Positions 25,150 through 38,925 of a DNA stretch of 64,000 bases are shown here, piece by piece. The position numbers were made by a program, and so were the translations under genes. The notes under the pieces were generated by a model. It saw nothing but the letters and a program-made list of their open reading frames with translations, searched no databases and was not told where the DNA came from. Within the stretch, counting starts at the first letter, position 1. Each line of letters begins with the position of its first letter. The DNA is from the human T2T-CHM13v2.0 reference genome, Homo sapiens: the NCBI RefSeq assembly GCF_009914755.1, contig NC_060939.1; one strand, given 5' to 3'.

Positions 25150-28100
25150 CCTAATTTTTTGATTTTTGGTTTTTCTGGGTGCATAGTAGGTGTATACCTT
25201 TATGAAGTATATAGAATATTTTGATACCGTCATACAATGTGTAATAATTACATCAGAGTCAATGGGGTATTCATCACATGCAGTATTACTATTGGATTTC
25301 AAATAACCAAATTATACAATTTCTGTTATTTTAAAATGTACACTTAAATTATTCTTAACTAGAGTCACCTTGTGCTGTCAAATGCTAGAACTGATTCATT
25401 CTTTCTAACTATATTTTTATACCCATTAACCATTCCCACCTCCCCGCCCTCAACCTTCTACTACTTCTCTCAGCCTCTGGAGACCATCATTCTACTCTTT
25501 ATCTCCATTAATTCTTTGGTTTTAATTTTTAGCTTTAACAAATAAGTGAGAACGTGTGAAGTTTGTCTTTCTATACCTGGCTTATTTCACTTAATAAAAT
25601 GACCTTCAGTTTAACCCATGTTTTTACAAATGACTGAATCTCATTCATTTTTATGTCTGAATAGTACTACATTGTGTATATGTACCACTTTTTTGTTTAT
25701 TCATCTGTCGATAAACACCAATGTTACTTCCAAATCTTGGCTATTGTGAATAGTGTTGCAGTAAACACAGGAGTACAGCTATCACTTCAATACACAGATT
25801 TTTCTCTCTTTTGGATATATACCTAACAGTGAAATTGCTGGATTGTACAGAAGCTCTATTTTTAGTTTTCTGATGAATCTTCAAGCTGTTCTCCATAGTG
25901 GTTCCACCAACTTACATTCCCACCAACAGCATATGAGGGTTCCCTTTTCTCCGCATGCTTGTCAGCATTTGTTATTGCCTTTTAGCTAAAACCCACTTTA
26001 ACTGGGGTGAGGTAATAGCTCATTGTAATTTTGATTTGCATTTCTCTGATGATTCATGATGTTGATCATCTTTTCATATACCTATTTGCCATTTGCGTGT
26101 CTTTATTGGAGTAATGTCTGTTTACATATTTTGCCTATTTTTTAAAATAGGATTATTAGATTTTATTTTCTATAGAGTTATTTGAGCGCCTTCTATGTTT
26201 TGGTTACAAATCCATTTTCAGATAGGTAGTTTGAAAATATTTTCTTTCATTCTGTGGGTTGTTTTCTCACTTTGTTGATTCTTTTCTGTGCCATGCAAAA
26301 TTTTATAACTTGGTGTGATACCAATTTTCCATTTTGCTTTGGTTGCCTGTGCTTGTGAGGTGTTACTCAAGAAATCTTTGCTTAATCCAAGGTTTTTTAG
26401 AATTTCCCCAATGTTTTCTTTCAGAAGTTTCATAGTTTGCAGTTTTACATTTAAATATTTAATCCATTTTGATTTAGTTTTTGCACATGGCAAAAGATAG
26501 AGGTCTAGTTTTATTCCTCTGCATATGGATATCCAGATTTACCATCACTGTTTATTGAAGAGACTGAGTTTTTATTCTTAATATATTTTCTTGGTGCCTA
26601 TGTAAAAAATGAGTTCACTGTAGATGGATGGTTTGGTTCTGGGTTCTCTATTCTGCTCCATTTTCCTGTGTGTCTGTTTTTATGCCAGTACTATGCTGTT
26701 TTGGTTACTACACATCGGTAGTATAATTTTGTGTAATGTAATAATGTATGCTATGTAATGGGATTCCTCCAGTTTTATTCTTTTTGCTCAGGATAGCTTT
26801 AGCTATTCTAGGTCTTTTGTGATTATATATAAATTTAAGATTTTTTAGAGCTGTTGTATTTATTTGTGTGAGGAATGTCAATGGTATTTTTACAGAAATT
26901 GCGTTGAATCTGTAGCTTGCTTTGTGTAGCATGGACATTTTAATATTGATTCTTCCAATCCATAAACACAGAACACTGACTAATACAATCTGCAAATGGG
27001 TAGTTTGACTTCCTCTCCTCTTATTTGAATGCCTTTATTTTTTTCTCTTGTCTGATTGCTCTGGCCAGGATTTTCAATACTATGTTGAACAGGGCTGGTA
27101 AGAGAGGGCATCTTTGTCTTGTGCCAGTTTCCAAGAAAAATGCTTCCAGTTTCACCCATTCAGTATAAAGTTGGCTGTGGGTTTGTCATAGATGACTTTT
27201 ATTATTTCAAAGCATGTTTCCTCAATACCTAGTATATGGAGAGTTTTAACATAAAGTGGTTTTGAATTTTAATGAAAGCTCTTTCTGCATCTATTACAAT
27301 AATCATGAGGTTTTTGTCTTTCGTTCTGTTTGTATTATGAATCACATTTATTGATTTGCATATGTTGAACCAACCTTGCATCCCAGGGAAAAAGCCTACT
27401 TGATTGTGGTGGATAGGCTTTTTGGTGTGCTGCTGGATTTGGTTTGCCAGTATTTTATGGAGAATTTTTGCATCAATATTCATCAAAGATATGAAATTTT
27501 TCTTTCTTTTGCTTTTCTTCCAGGTTTTGATATCAGAAGGGTGCTGGCCTCATAGGATGAGTGAGGAAGATGATCCTCCTCAAATTTTTGGGAGTTTCAG
27601 TAGGAATGATACCAAATTCTTCTTTGCATATCCAGTAGAATTTGGCTGGGAATTCGTCTTTTCCTGGGCTTTTTAAAATTGATAGTCTATTTATTACAGA
27701 TTCAATTTTGGAGCATGTTATTGGTCTGTTCAGGGATTCAATTTCTTCCTGGTTCAGTCTTGGAAAGGTGTACATGTCCAGGAATTTATCTATTTGTTCT
27801 AGGTGTTGTAGTTTTTTTGCATAAAGGTGTTCATCATATTCTCCGATGTTTATTTCTATTTCTGAGGAGCCAGTGGTAATATCCCGTTTGTTGTTTCTGA
27901 TTGTCTTTGTTTGGATCTTCTCTCTTTTCCTCTATATTAGTCTAGCTAGTAGTCCACATTTAAAACAAAACCTACTCCTGGATTCATTAATCTTTTAGTT
28001 TTTTTGTGTGTGTCCTAATCTCAGTTTATCTCTGATTTTGGTTATTTCTGTCTTCTTCCAGCTTTGGGGTTGGATAGCTCTTCATTCTCTAGATGTTTTA

Positions 28101-31100
28101 GTTGTGATATTGAGTGGTTAAATTGAGATCTTTGTTACTTTTTGTGGTGGGTGTTCAGCAACATCAGTTTTTTTCTCAACACTGATTTAGTTGCATCTCA
28201 GGGATTCTGGTAGGTTGTGTCTTTGTTCTCATTACTTTCAAATAACTTTTTGATTGATGCCTTAATTTCATTATTCACACAAAAGTCATTCAGGAGTGAG
28301 TTATTTAATTTTTATGTAATCATATGGTATTGAGTATTGGTTTTCTCAACTTTTACCTCCAATTTTACTGTACTCTGGTCTCGGAGAGTGGTTGTCATAA
28401 TTTGAATTCTTTTATAATTTCTGAGAACAGTTTTATGTCGATTAAGTGGTTGATTTTAGAGTATGTGCCATGTGGCAATGAGAACGTATATGTTGTTGTT
28501 TTTGGTGGAGAGTTCTGAAAGTGTCTGTTACATCCATTTGATCCAGTGCTGCATTCAGATCTTGAATATCTTGTTAATTTTCTGCCTTAATAATCTAATA
28601 TTGTCAATGGGTTGTTGAAGTTTTTCACTATAATTGTGTAGGAATCTAAGTCTTTTTAAAGACCTCTAAGAACTTGCTTTATGAATTTGGGTGTTCCTGT
28701 GTTGGGTGTGTATATATTTAAAATGTATATATTTAAATATGAATACATATATTCTTGTTGAATTTAACCCTTTAGCATTTTGTAATGCCTTTTTGCCTTT
28801 TTAAATCTTTGTTGTTTTAAAGTCTGTTTGTCTAAACTTAGGGTTGCAACCCATTCTTTCTGCTGTTTTCCATTTGCTTGGTAGATTTTTATCCCGTCAT
28901 TTTCAGCCTATGAAACTGATTGCATGTGAAATGAGTCTTGATGACAGCATATCATTGGTTCTTTGTTCTTTATCCAGTTTCCCACTGTTTGCCTTTTAAT
29001 TGGAACATTCAGCCCATTTACATTCATAGTTAGTGTTGATATGTGTGCATTTGATGCTGCCATTATAATGGTAGCTGCTTATTATGCAGACTTGTTTGTG
29101 CGCAACTGGTCTGTATACCTCAGTGTGTTTTTTTAGTGGCTAATAAAGGTTTTTTTCACCTATATTTAGTTCTTCCTTCAGGAGCTCTTGTAAGGCATGT
29201 CTTGTAGTAATGAATTTCCTCAGCATTTGCCTGTTTAAAAAGAACTTTATTTCTCCTTTACTTATGAAGCTTAGTTTGGCCAAATACGAGATTGTTGATT
29301 GGAATTTATTTTCTTCAAGGAGGTTAAATATTGGTATTGGTCTCTTCTGGCTTGTAGGATTTCTGCTAAAAGGTGTACTTTTACACTGATAATCTTTCCT
29401 TTGTGGTTGACCTCCCTTTCCTCTCTAGCTGCATTTGTCATTTTTTCTTTTATTTCATGCTTGAACAATCTGATAACTATGTGTTTTGGTGATTATTATA
29501 TTGTGAAGTATCTTACTGGAGTTTTCTGCATTTCCTAAATTTGAATGCTGGCCTCTCTAGCCAGCATTCCCCAGGTTGGGGAAGTTCTCATGAATGATAT
29601 CCTAAAATATGTTTTTCAAATGGCTTCCATTCTCCCCACCTGTTTCATGAACACCAGTGGGTCATACCTTTGGTCTCTTTACATAATCTTATATTTTTCA
29701 GAGGCTTGGGGGTTTTTATTACTCTTTTTTATTTCTGTCTGTATGTCTGACTTCACATAAACAGTCTTCAAACTTTGAGATTCTTTCTTAGCTTTGTCTA
29801 TTCTACTATTAATAGTTGTGAATTTCTTATAAAAAAATTTAGTGTGATATTTTTAGCTCTCTCAGGTTAGTTATGCTCTTAATACTGGCTCTTTTGTCTC
29901 TCAGCTCCTGTATCATTTCATTATGATTCTTAACGTTTTTGAATTGAGTTTCAAGTTACTTCTGCATTTTAATGATCTTTATTTCTATTCATATTCTGAA
30001 TTTGATTTCTGTAATTTTAGCTATCTTGGACTGATTTATAAACTTACTGGAGAGGTAGTGTGGCCATTTGAAGGAAAAGAGGAACTCAGGTTTTTTGAGT
30101 TGTCAGAGGTTTTGTGCTTGTTCTTTCTTATCTTTCTGGGGTGATATTTCTTTAATATTTGAAGTTGTCAACTTTTGGATTTTTCCTTTTATTCTGCTTG
30201 ATGACCTTAAGGGTTTAATTGTGTTATAAGGTTGTCTCAGTCGAGTGGTTTTGTGTGTATTCATGTAGGCGAAGGTGGCTGCTCAGGGCTGAGGAGAGTA
30301 TGCTGTTTTTTGTGCTTAGTTGTACTCAAATGACAGTGTTGACAAAGGAGGACGGTGCTGGTGTTGTGGGGCTGATGGTCTCTGTTTCCCCCAAGATTCT
30401 GTCTGCAGTGGTGGTATAGCAGGAGAGGGGGCCTGGAGTACACTCCTACCAACAGCAGTGCCAGGGCAGAATGCATATGCACATGTGCACTGACAGGGCA
30501 GGGAAAGCAAGATCCTTCCATGCACACACACACACACACACACACACCAGCATAGTGATGTGTGGGGTGGCAATGGGCCTTGGGGGGAAGCTGCAGTGAG
30601 GAGAGAGAGCAGGCAGGCTGATGCCTGGATGGGGTCACCCCACTGGAGCTGTCTACTAGTCAGACATGATCTGCCAGTTCAGGATCTATGATGCAGGCCC
30701 CCAGGGTACTCAAGGCTGCACTGCAAGCATGCAGGGCCGAATTGGGGTCGCAGGAGAGGCCAGCACACCAACGCAAGCTCAGGTCAAAACAGCCCCATCT
30801 GATGGGCCACCACCCTGCAGACTTTTTCTCCAAAATTTCCCCTAGGGCTAACGTCTCTTATGGGAGCAAGTTAAGCTTATTGGTGTGGGCATCCCTGGAC
30901 ATGCTTCACTACACATGTTCCCACAATAAACCCTCTTGGCTGTGCACTGGCTGGTGCGCTGCCCCTGTCACTTCTCTAAGCAGCTCTTCCTTTCAACTCA
31001 TTTTCCATGATGGTCAGAGGGTCTCTGCCAGTGGGATTCCAGAGGCCAGTCAGGAAAGCAGGTAGCTCCTTGCCACTTAAACTCACCTGTTTTTCTCAGA

Positions 31101-31290
31101 GTCACTGGGGGCCAGAAATCAGTTCCACTGTGCTTTAGCCCTGTGCAGGGTTCCCAGCTTCTGAATCTTAAGTTCAGATGTTGTGTCTTTCCTCCTTCCA
31201 CTATCAGTACCTGCCCTCGGTTAAGAGTGTGCCAGTCATCCTGGTCCCTTGGTGTCAGCTGTTCCACCTTGGCTTGTCTATTCAGCCATC
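25150..31290 (-). mobile_element. Long decayed L1 (L1MA-type 3' end, ORF2, ORF1, L1PB/P4-like 5' region); possibly composite
   Basis: ORF2 fragments ([20 protein letters not shown], 27229-27486), ORF1 fragment (29271-29468), L1MA 3'UTR at 25150-25560, discontinuity near 26980. Confidence 0.85.
30523..30547. repeat. (CA)n microsatellite
   Basis: About 12 CA units. Confidence 0.9.
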
Positions 31291-31309
31291 TTGCTCAAAT
31301 ACACAAAGT

Positions 31310-32155
31310 CTTATAAATCAATAATAAATAGACAATTGACTACTTGAAAAATGTGCAAGGAATTTGAATTAAAAATTTCTACAGATAAGAAGCAAAATTT
31401 GTCATTAAATTTAAAATATGTGACATTATTAGTTTAGAGAAATGCAAATCAAAAGCTCAATGACATACTTAGTAGAAGACCTGTAAAAGGCAATAAAAAA
31501 GGTTGCCAAAGATATCAAAAATATGAAAGCCTCACACATTGTATGTGGGAGTGTAAAAAACAACCGATTTAAAGAACAATTTGGCAATTATTCAAAATGC
31601 TATAAATAGTATCACCATATGACTGAGACATTTTACTCTGTTACGTACTCAAAAGAAATGAAAACCTATGACTACACAAAGAATCAGATGTAAATGATCA
31701 AAGCAGCAGTATTTGTAATAGCCCAAAGGGGATAAAACCAAAATATCCATCAAATAATAACAGAAAAAATAACGTGTGGTGTGTCCATACAATAAAATAC
31801 TATGTGCCAAACAAAGAAAATGAAGTAATAATACCTGCTATGTCAGGAAAAAACCTCAAAATCACTAAAGTAAGTAAAATAAACCAAATGCAAAAGGGCA
31901 GATAATTTATGATTTCACTTAAAATAACTTTTAATAAAAGGCTTATATATAAAAACAGGCTAATGATTGCCTATGACCAGGGTAATGAAATCAGTAAGTA
32001 CAAAAGAGATTAATTTCTTTTTCCATAGTGATAAGGTTATTTCAAAATTAGATTGCGGTTATGGGTGTCTGTAAATACACTTTAAAAACTTGGAATTGTA
32101 CACTTAAAACATGTGATGGTTTTGTTATAAAATTATATCCCTCTAAAATGTTTCC
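31310..32155 (+). mobile_element. L1MB/MC-type 3' end
   Basis: gagaaatgcaaatcaaaa, aaaagaaatgaaaacctatg and gaattgtacacttaaaa..aattatatc terminal motifs. Confidence 0.7.
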
Positions 32156-33799
32156 AAATGAAACTGTTGACTTTTGGAGAACTAAGTCACAGACTGTAAA
32201 ACCAAACCCATTTATTGTTCATCTCAAGGCATGTTAAATAAAGAGGAAAAGACAAAGATATAGTTATAACATTAAAATCTTCATGGCAAATAGTTATAAG
32301 AAAAAAATTACAATTGTAAAATGTATTAATAGACATAAATTACCTGCTTAGATTTAGCAGGCCAGAAATGTAAATTAAATAATAGTACACTATTGAAGAC
32401 CACTCTGAGTCACTGATTATTAGAAACTTGTTATGATGTCATCATAGGGTTAAAATATTCCTTATCAAAAATGACTCACAGCAAAAATGTTAAATAAAGT
32501 GTGTTAGTGGCACCCCTGTCCACAGTTGCTGGTACTTTTAGTGTATGGCCAATTAGAAAGCTGCTCTTTTGTCCCTCATTTGTAACCAATTTCAACACTC
32601 AAATTCAATATTGAACTCCTAAATATATTGATAAAACATGTGAGAAGATGTTTGACTTGTTTTATTGTAAAACAAGGCTAATATACAGTATGTGAAAGTT
32701 TCCATAAAATTCTTAAATTATATATTTAAAAGATATTATGAAAATAAAAAATCTTAGCAAACATAGGGAGAATTATAAACTAACATTTATCATACATACC
32801 CACCACAAGACTTCAGCAATTCTCACATTTTTTATCTTTCATTTTTAATTATCAACTTCAATTATTCTGGTAATATTTTCAAGTAAGCATATTATGTTGT
32901 CAGTTTGTAGAAATTTGAGTACCTATATCTAAGAAATAAAGAGAAAAATAAAAATAGTACTATAAAATCTAAGTAAATACAAGTATTTTCTAATATTGTA
33001 CTAAAGAGTTTCTTGATTCTTTACGTGCAAAACAGTAGAACTTAGCAACCTCCAAGACTTTATGAGAAATAACAATTTAAGACTAATATTTATCCTGGAG
33101 ACTCAAAGTGACTATAAATAAATATATCTTTAGTTAATAAAGCTTAAAAATAAAGTATTAGTAAAAACACATTTTGAAGATGGCTGACACCTTTGTTACT
33201 AGACATGGGGCTTGTGCTGTAAATAACTACTTTAAAAGTCCATGGAAAAGGGATTTTCAACCAAAAAGTCTATAGAAAACAAAAAATTTTGGTTTTTCTG
33301 AACTCAGGATGTGAGGCCAGCTTTTAAAGCACGGAATTTAAAAAACCCTCAAGACCCTAAGCTTGATAAGCACGTCACCAGCAGGTCTCATTTTTCAGCT
33401 CTGTGCACCAGGTGGCATGTCTAGCAAAATGTCCCCTCTCATGTCAGGTTTTTTCTATGAACTCAGAATGACCACTGTCCCTTAGTATGCAGCCCTGCAG
33501 TGGACCCAAAAATGACAATCAATCAGGTCCAGAGTTGCTCATTATGGCCTTTCCAGAATGTAATTATCTAAGGACAATTCTCCCCTTGTAAAATTAAGAA
33601 AGTATCAGAATATTTGCCTAATTTTTGATAACATCATACTGTGAGCCACAAAAAAAGCAAGAATTTAAAATGTAAGGGATTACCTGGATCCTAGGGCACA
33701 GAAATACACCTCAAATAGAATAGTTTCACACACGATTTTATATGTGGACTTCCTGTGTGGAAGAAAAGAATGTGGGGGTCAATAGTAGAGAAGTCTGTA

Positions 33800-34287
33800 T
33801 GTAGTGGAATTTTAAGAAATCAGAGAGGCCGATGGGGTTCAGGAGGGTATTTATTAATTATTTAGGTGCACTGGTCCAGTCGGATTAACATCCAAAGAAT
33901 GAGTCCTGAACAAAGAGTTAAGTTACCTTTTAAGCATTTCATGGGTGGGGAGAGATTTGTGCAGGGAGAATCATACTACAGAAGCAAGAAACAAAGACAG
34001 TTATTCAATTGAGACATGCATTACATTATTTCTTACTTTTCAAGGAAAAACCTGTTTTGTGACTTGAATTTATCTGTCTAGTGACCTTGCAGCTTCACAG
34101 CTTGGGAAACAGGGTCTTCACAATCCCTGGGAAAGGAGGAGAGATAAGGATCACTAGCCACAGAAAAACAGGCAGTTAGTTTTTAAAGGACTGCAGCTCT
34201 TACTCTTTCTCAACAGAAGTTGGGTTTTCTTACACACAAGTGAGTTTCTGCTTACACACTCTTTAATCTCTTATAATTCCTGTTCCA
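33800..34287 (-). mobile_element. 3' LTR of class I provirus (LTR15-like)
   Basis: TG...CA termini, 488 bp; polypurine tract (ttctcccc on +) at 34288-34295 between the LTR and env. Confidence 0.8.
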
Positions 34288-34329
34288 TTCTCCCCATTGG
34301 TGCTTTTTATAACAGAGGTGTTAATAGAA

Positions 34330-36280
34330 AGCACCATTATTTGCCAAGTCTTCATGGAGCTGAGCTTTTTCTTCTTCTGGCGGTGGCTGATATCTGGTTA
34401 ATGCATCAACTGTACAGTAGTGTTTTGGGCTACCATTGCCTCCATAGTTGACTGAATACTCCTAATAAACAGAGACAAAAGGCAAGGGAGGATAAGGCAG
34501 ATGCAAAGAATAAGCAAGAACCTACTAATGAGGGTTTAGAATTTTTCAAATGCTGAGAACCATCCTCCAAACAAGGAATCCGGGGACTACCTGGATCAAG
34601 TCTGAAGTGGAACCTGGGCCAACTTGTGCATTCTAGCTGTAATTTTTATGACCACTAATATTGATTTCTTGGCTATTGATTTCTAGGCAACAGTTGGTTA
34701 AATTAAATTTTCTACATATTCCTCCTTCGGAGGATAAGAGATAATTTAAAGCCAGCCTATTTTGATATATAGCATTTCCTTTTTGTGTTGCTTGTATTGC
34801 CAATAAATCTAGTGCCCTCGATATTTCATTGGTTATGATTTGAAGGACTGCCTGCAACTTCATGATGCGGCTGAGGATATAGATTATGGTGCAGTACCCT
34901 CATGACCTGTCTTGCACCTAGGTAGCTGGCCCATAGCATGTCATGATTCTTTCAGGAGGTCATTTATTATCTTTTTAGTCTCCTGTGTCCACATCTTTTT
35001 TGATATTTTTGTTACTTTTGTGATTATGCTTTTTCTAGTTCTTCTTTTATTTTTATTATAAACTGGATATTCTAAGAATTTCCCTTGCTTTAGAGGAATT
35101 AGAAAGAAGGATGGCTTGATTGCTTTTAACAGACACGCCCCTGCCCATTTTGCTGGCAGTTGCCAATATGCCCATGCTCCACAGATCCAATATAGGCCAG
35201 AGGGTGCCTTTCAAGCATTTGAATCATCTACCTGATGCCAAGTGCAGCTTAGAGTAAGGAATCCAGAGAAAGTGTTTGGATCTGGTAAGTAGGAGTCATT
35301 CTGGGCATTTCTTAATAGAGTTTTGTTTTTAGTCTCGTAATAATACTGTTGCCCTAGGCAGGTTGTTTTTCCTACTGCCTCTGTGAAAGCCTTTCCCCAT
35401 CGAGTGATACAGTACTTTCCAGTTATGGAGATTTTTAACAATCAAACACTGGCTGAGGCTGTTGGTTCACTGGCAGGGTTAAGCAAAGTGAAGTTATCTT
35501 GTGGCATTAATTCCTTTGCCTCCCATTGCCACTCATTCTCCATATTAGTTTCTCTACATACATAGCATGAAGAAATTTTTAAGCTGCCATCTGTGTTTTC
35601 AGCTAGTTGAGCAAATAAGTTTTTGGTTGATGGGGGAACCTCGGGCACTGGCTGATCAAAATGCTTACAGAATGACTTGGTATTGAGGGGTTGGATGCAT
35701 TTGAGTCCTTATAGTATTTTTGACAATTAGTAGTGGAACTCCAAGACCTGCTCCTTGTCTATCAACTGGTAATAGTGCTGTCTGTCCTGTAGACCAAAAA
35801 GGTAGCTCTGGCTTTAAGATAGTAAAATTTAAAGGATCGCATGTCCTTGTCTTACAATCTGGTTTTTAGGATTATGAACATACGTGGCATGGCAGTCATC
35901 AAAGAAGAAATAGGCCCTTTTTAGAAGGGTGGGATTTCTTTGGTTTGAGCTATAAGCTTTCCTTCTGTTTCTCCCTCTGATTTAATATGTACCTCAAAAT
36001 AGAATTAATAGGGTAAGAGCCCAGGCTCATAACATACATATAGCTGATTATTTCCTCAGTCACAGACTGAATAGGTGGTCTGGTTGTATATGCATATTCC
36101 TAATTTGCTTCCTGTACATTCATAGTAGGTATGGTACAGTAGAGTTTTAACTGTGGTATTTTTTATCCAGGTAATGTGTACACAGCATGGACATCCTTCA
36201 AGAGATTTATCCCCTTTCAGTATAAGCATAAATGGTAACAACATTGTTGTATGTAATAGAAACATGCTTACACTACACAT
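34330..36280 (-). pseudogene. env: Disrupted env, ERV3/HERV15 (RRHERV-I) group
   Basis: Fragments [70 protein letters not shown] and CX6CC ([10 protein letters not shown]); many stops and frameshifts. Confidence 0.9.
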
Positions 36281-36489
36281 GGGCACAAAAACTTTCCTCT
36301 GGGCATAGACATTTGCAGCATTTGCAGTAATAACATAACAACGGAACAATCAGTATTGACAGAATTGTAACTATGGTTATAAATTGTATTCACATTTACT
36401 TATCTGGACATGGTCCTCTTAGCTTCGGCTGTGTGTACACTAGTCAGCTTCCGGGATGTGACTAGAGCAGAGTTTGAAGAATCCTTAAG

Positions 36490-38925
36490 CTTCAGCCATG
36501 CTTAGACTGACCAGCCTCCAGTGTGGTCAGAGCAGGGCGGTTGTCCTTTTTACCGGTGGCTGAGATTTGCCATAGGGCTATTCGAGTGGGGCAATCTGGG
36601 TCTTGTTGGCTAATCCACAGGTTGTCATCAGGACTCGCTACTGTCACTGGTTTTAGATGGCTATGGTGAATCCAAGGTGTGGCACCTGCAACTTTAACAG
36701 CAGTGGGAGTAGACATGATTACAATATGGCGCCTATCGTATATGGGTCCTAGAGTGGTTGAATTCCATTTTTTACCTAAACGAAGTCCCTAGGTTTGAAA
36801 GGGTGTACTGGGTCTGTTAGACTTACAGGCATTTTTTTACATACTTAACCATGCATTTTAGTATAGCCATACTTAAAGCCTGCATTTGCCTTCTTAAAGT
36901 TAGTTTTCCCAATTTACAGAGATTACCCTGAATCTGATTTTTCTGGGGGGTGGGCAGCTGAACAAAATCTCAGAGGGCGAATACTCAGTTTTTTGGTGGG
37001 GGTGCACCTGACTCATAAGAGGACCATGGGCAAGACCTGATATTACTTCAGATGAGTTTTTCGACAAAATTTCTTCAACAGCTGCTTGAGTGTCCAGTTT
37101 ATGCTCTCCACTTTACCTGAGATCTGCTACCTGTAGGCTGTATGTTATTTCCATTTTATTTTTAATAGTCGAGTTAAGTCCTGAACTATTTTAGCCACAA
37201 ATGTTGGTCCATTCTCTGATCTTAGAGTTAGAGGCAGCCCAAATCTGGGAACAATGTCTCTTAACGCCTTGGTCATGTCTAGTGCCCTCTCTGTCCTGGT
37301 GGGAAAGGCCTTGAGCTATCCTGAAAAGGTGCAAATGAACACCAATATGTACTGATAGCCCCCGTCTCAGGGTCATTCAGTGAAGTCCATAAGCAGATTT
37401 TCACAGGGCATGGCTCCTTTTTCCTGAACTCCCATGGGCCGAGTAGGATCTTGTCGTGGATTGTTCTGAGTGTAAGTTAAACACAGTTTACAAATGGCCT
37501 GAGTAATAGCAATGAGCCATGGCAGATAAAAATGATGCCTTAATAATGTCTTTATTTTTTTTTTTAATCTGAGTTCGGTGGTGGAATTGTTTTACAAATC
37601 TGGGGGTCACCATTTCAGGTATGGCTAGCCTCCCATTGAAGAATTTGTATTATCCTCTTTCAATGTAGTTCTTATTTTCCTGGGGAAGCCAAGCTCTGTT
37701 ATTTGGAGTGAAGATTGGGATCTCCAGGAGGGGAATCTCCGGGAGGAGAGGCATAGCTAAGGCATCTTCTTTAGGTGGAGTTGTCATTGCAGCCTTCTTT
37801 GCCTCTTTGCCTTCGTATCTTTTTTAGCCCTTAGTGTTCTTGCTTTTTGCTGCCTCTTGCAGGACTTCACTACCGTCACTTTTGGGGCCCATACAGCGTT
37901 TAAGAGCTGTAGGATTTCTTCCTTGTACTTTATTTCTTTGTTTCCAGCAGTTAAAAGTCTTCTTTTTTTCTTTGTAAATAACCTTATGAACATGCAAAGT
38001 GGCAGAAGCATATTTGGAACCTGTATAAATATTGGTCTTTTGGTCTTTTGCTAGCCAGAGAACTCTTGTCAGAGCTCTTAGTTCTGCTTTCTAATCAGAA
38101 GTTTCTGTAGATGAAGACTGCACCTCTACTGTTGAGTCTAAAGTCACCACTGCATACACAGCTTGGCGGGCTCCTTTTAGTATGAAACTGCTTCCATCAG
38201 TAGAATATTCAATGTTTGGGTCCCTGAGGGACTGATCTGTCAAATCTCTCTGGCTTGAGAACACTTCATCTACCACGTCCACACCACAATGAAACGGTCC
38301 TCCTGGCACTGACTCGATGAGAGTAAGGTAGCCGGATTTAGGGTATTCACAGTCTCTAAAGTTAGTTTACTAGCTTCCTGCACCAGTACGGTAGTGGCTG
38401 CTAGTGCTTTAAGACAAGGAGGCCATCCAAGTGCAACAGAATCTAATTGCCTGGATAAATATGCCACCAGGCGATGCCATGACCTTATGGCTTGAGTCAG
38501 AACCCCTATGGCCTCCCTTTCACTTGTGCACATACAAGAAGAAAAGCTTGATTAGTTAGATCTGGCAGTCCTAAAGCTGGGGCCTGAGTCAAGGCTTCTT
38601 TGATTTCTTTAAAATCCTTCTCCTCTTTGGCTTCCTAGAGGAGGGGCTCCTTTTTTCCTCCTCTTAGTGGCTTGGTATGATGGCTTGACCATGAGCAAGA
38701 AATTTGGGTTGTAAACGCGGCAGAACCTTGCTGCTCTTAGAAACTCTCTTACTTGACACCGGGTGGTTGGAGTAGAAAGTGCACAAACAGCCTGCTTTTT
38801 TTCAGGACTAAGCCATCTTTCCTCTTGGCTTATATAAAAGCTTAAATATTGACACTTTTAGAGGAGATTTGAGCTTTTTTCTGACACTTTTTATTCTGCC
38901 TTCTACAGCAGGTGCAGTGGTTCTT
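36490..38925 (-). pseudogene. pol: Disrupted pol (RT 3' part, RNase H, integrase)
   Basis: VAYLSRQLDSVALGWPPCLKALAAT, YSTDGSSF and STPTAVKVAGATPWIHHSHLKP motifs. Confidence 0.88.
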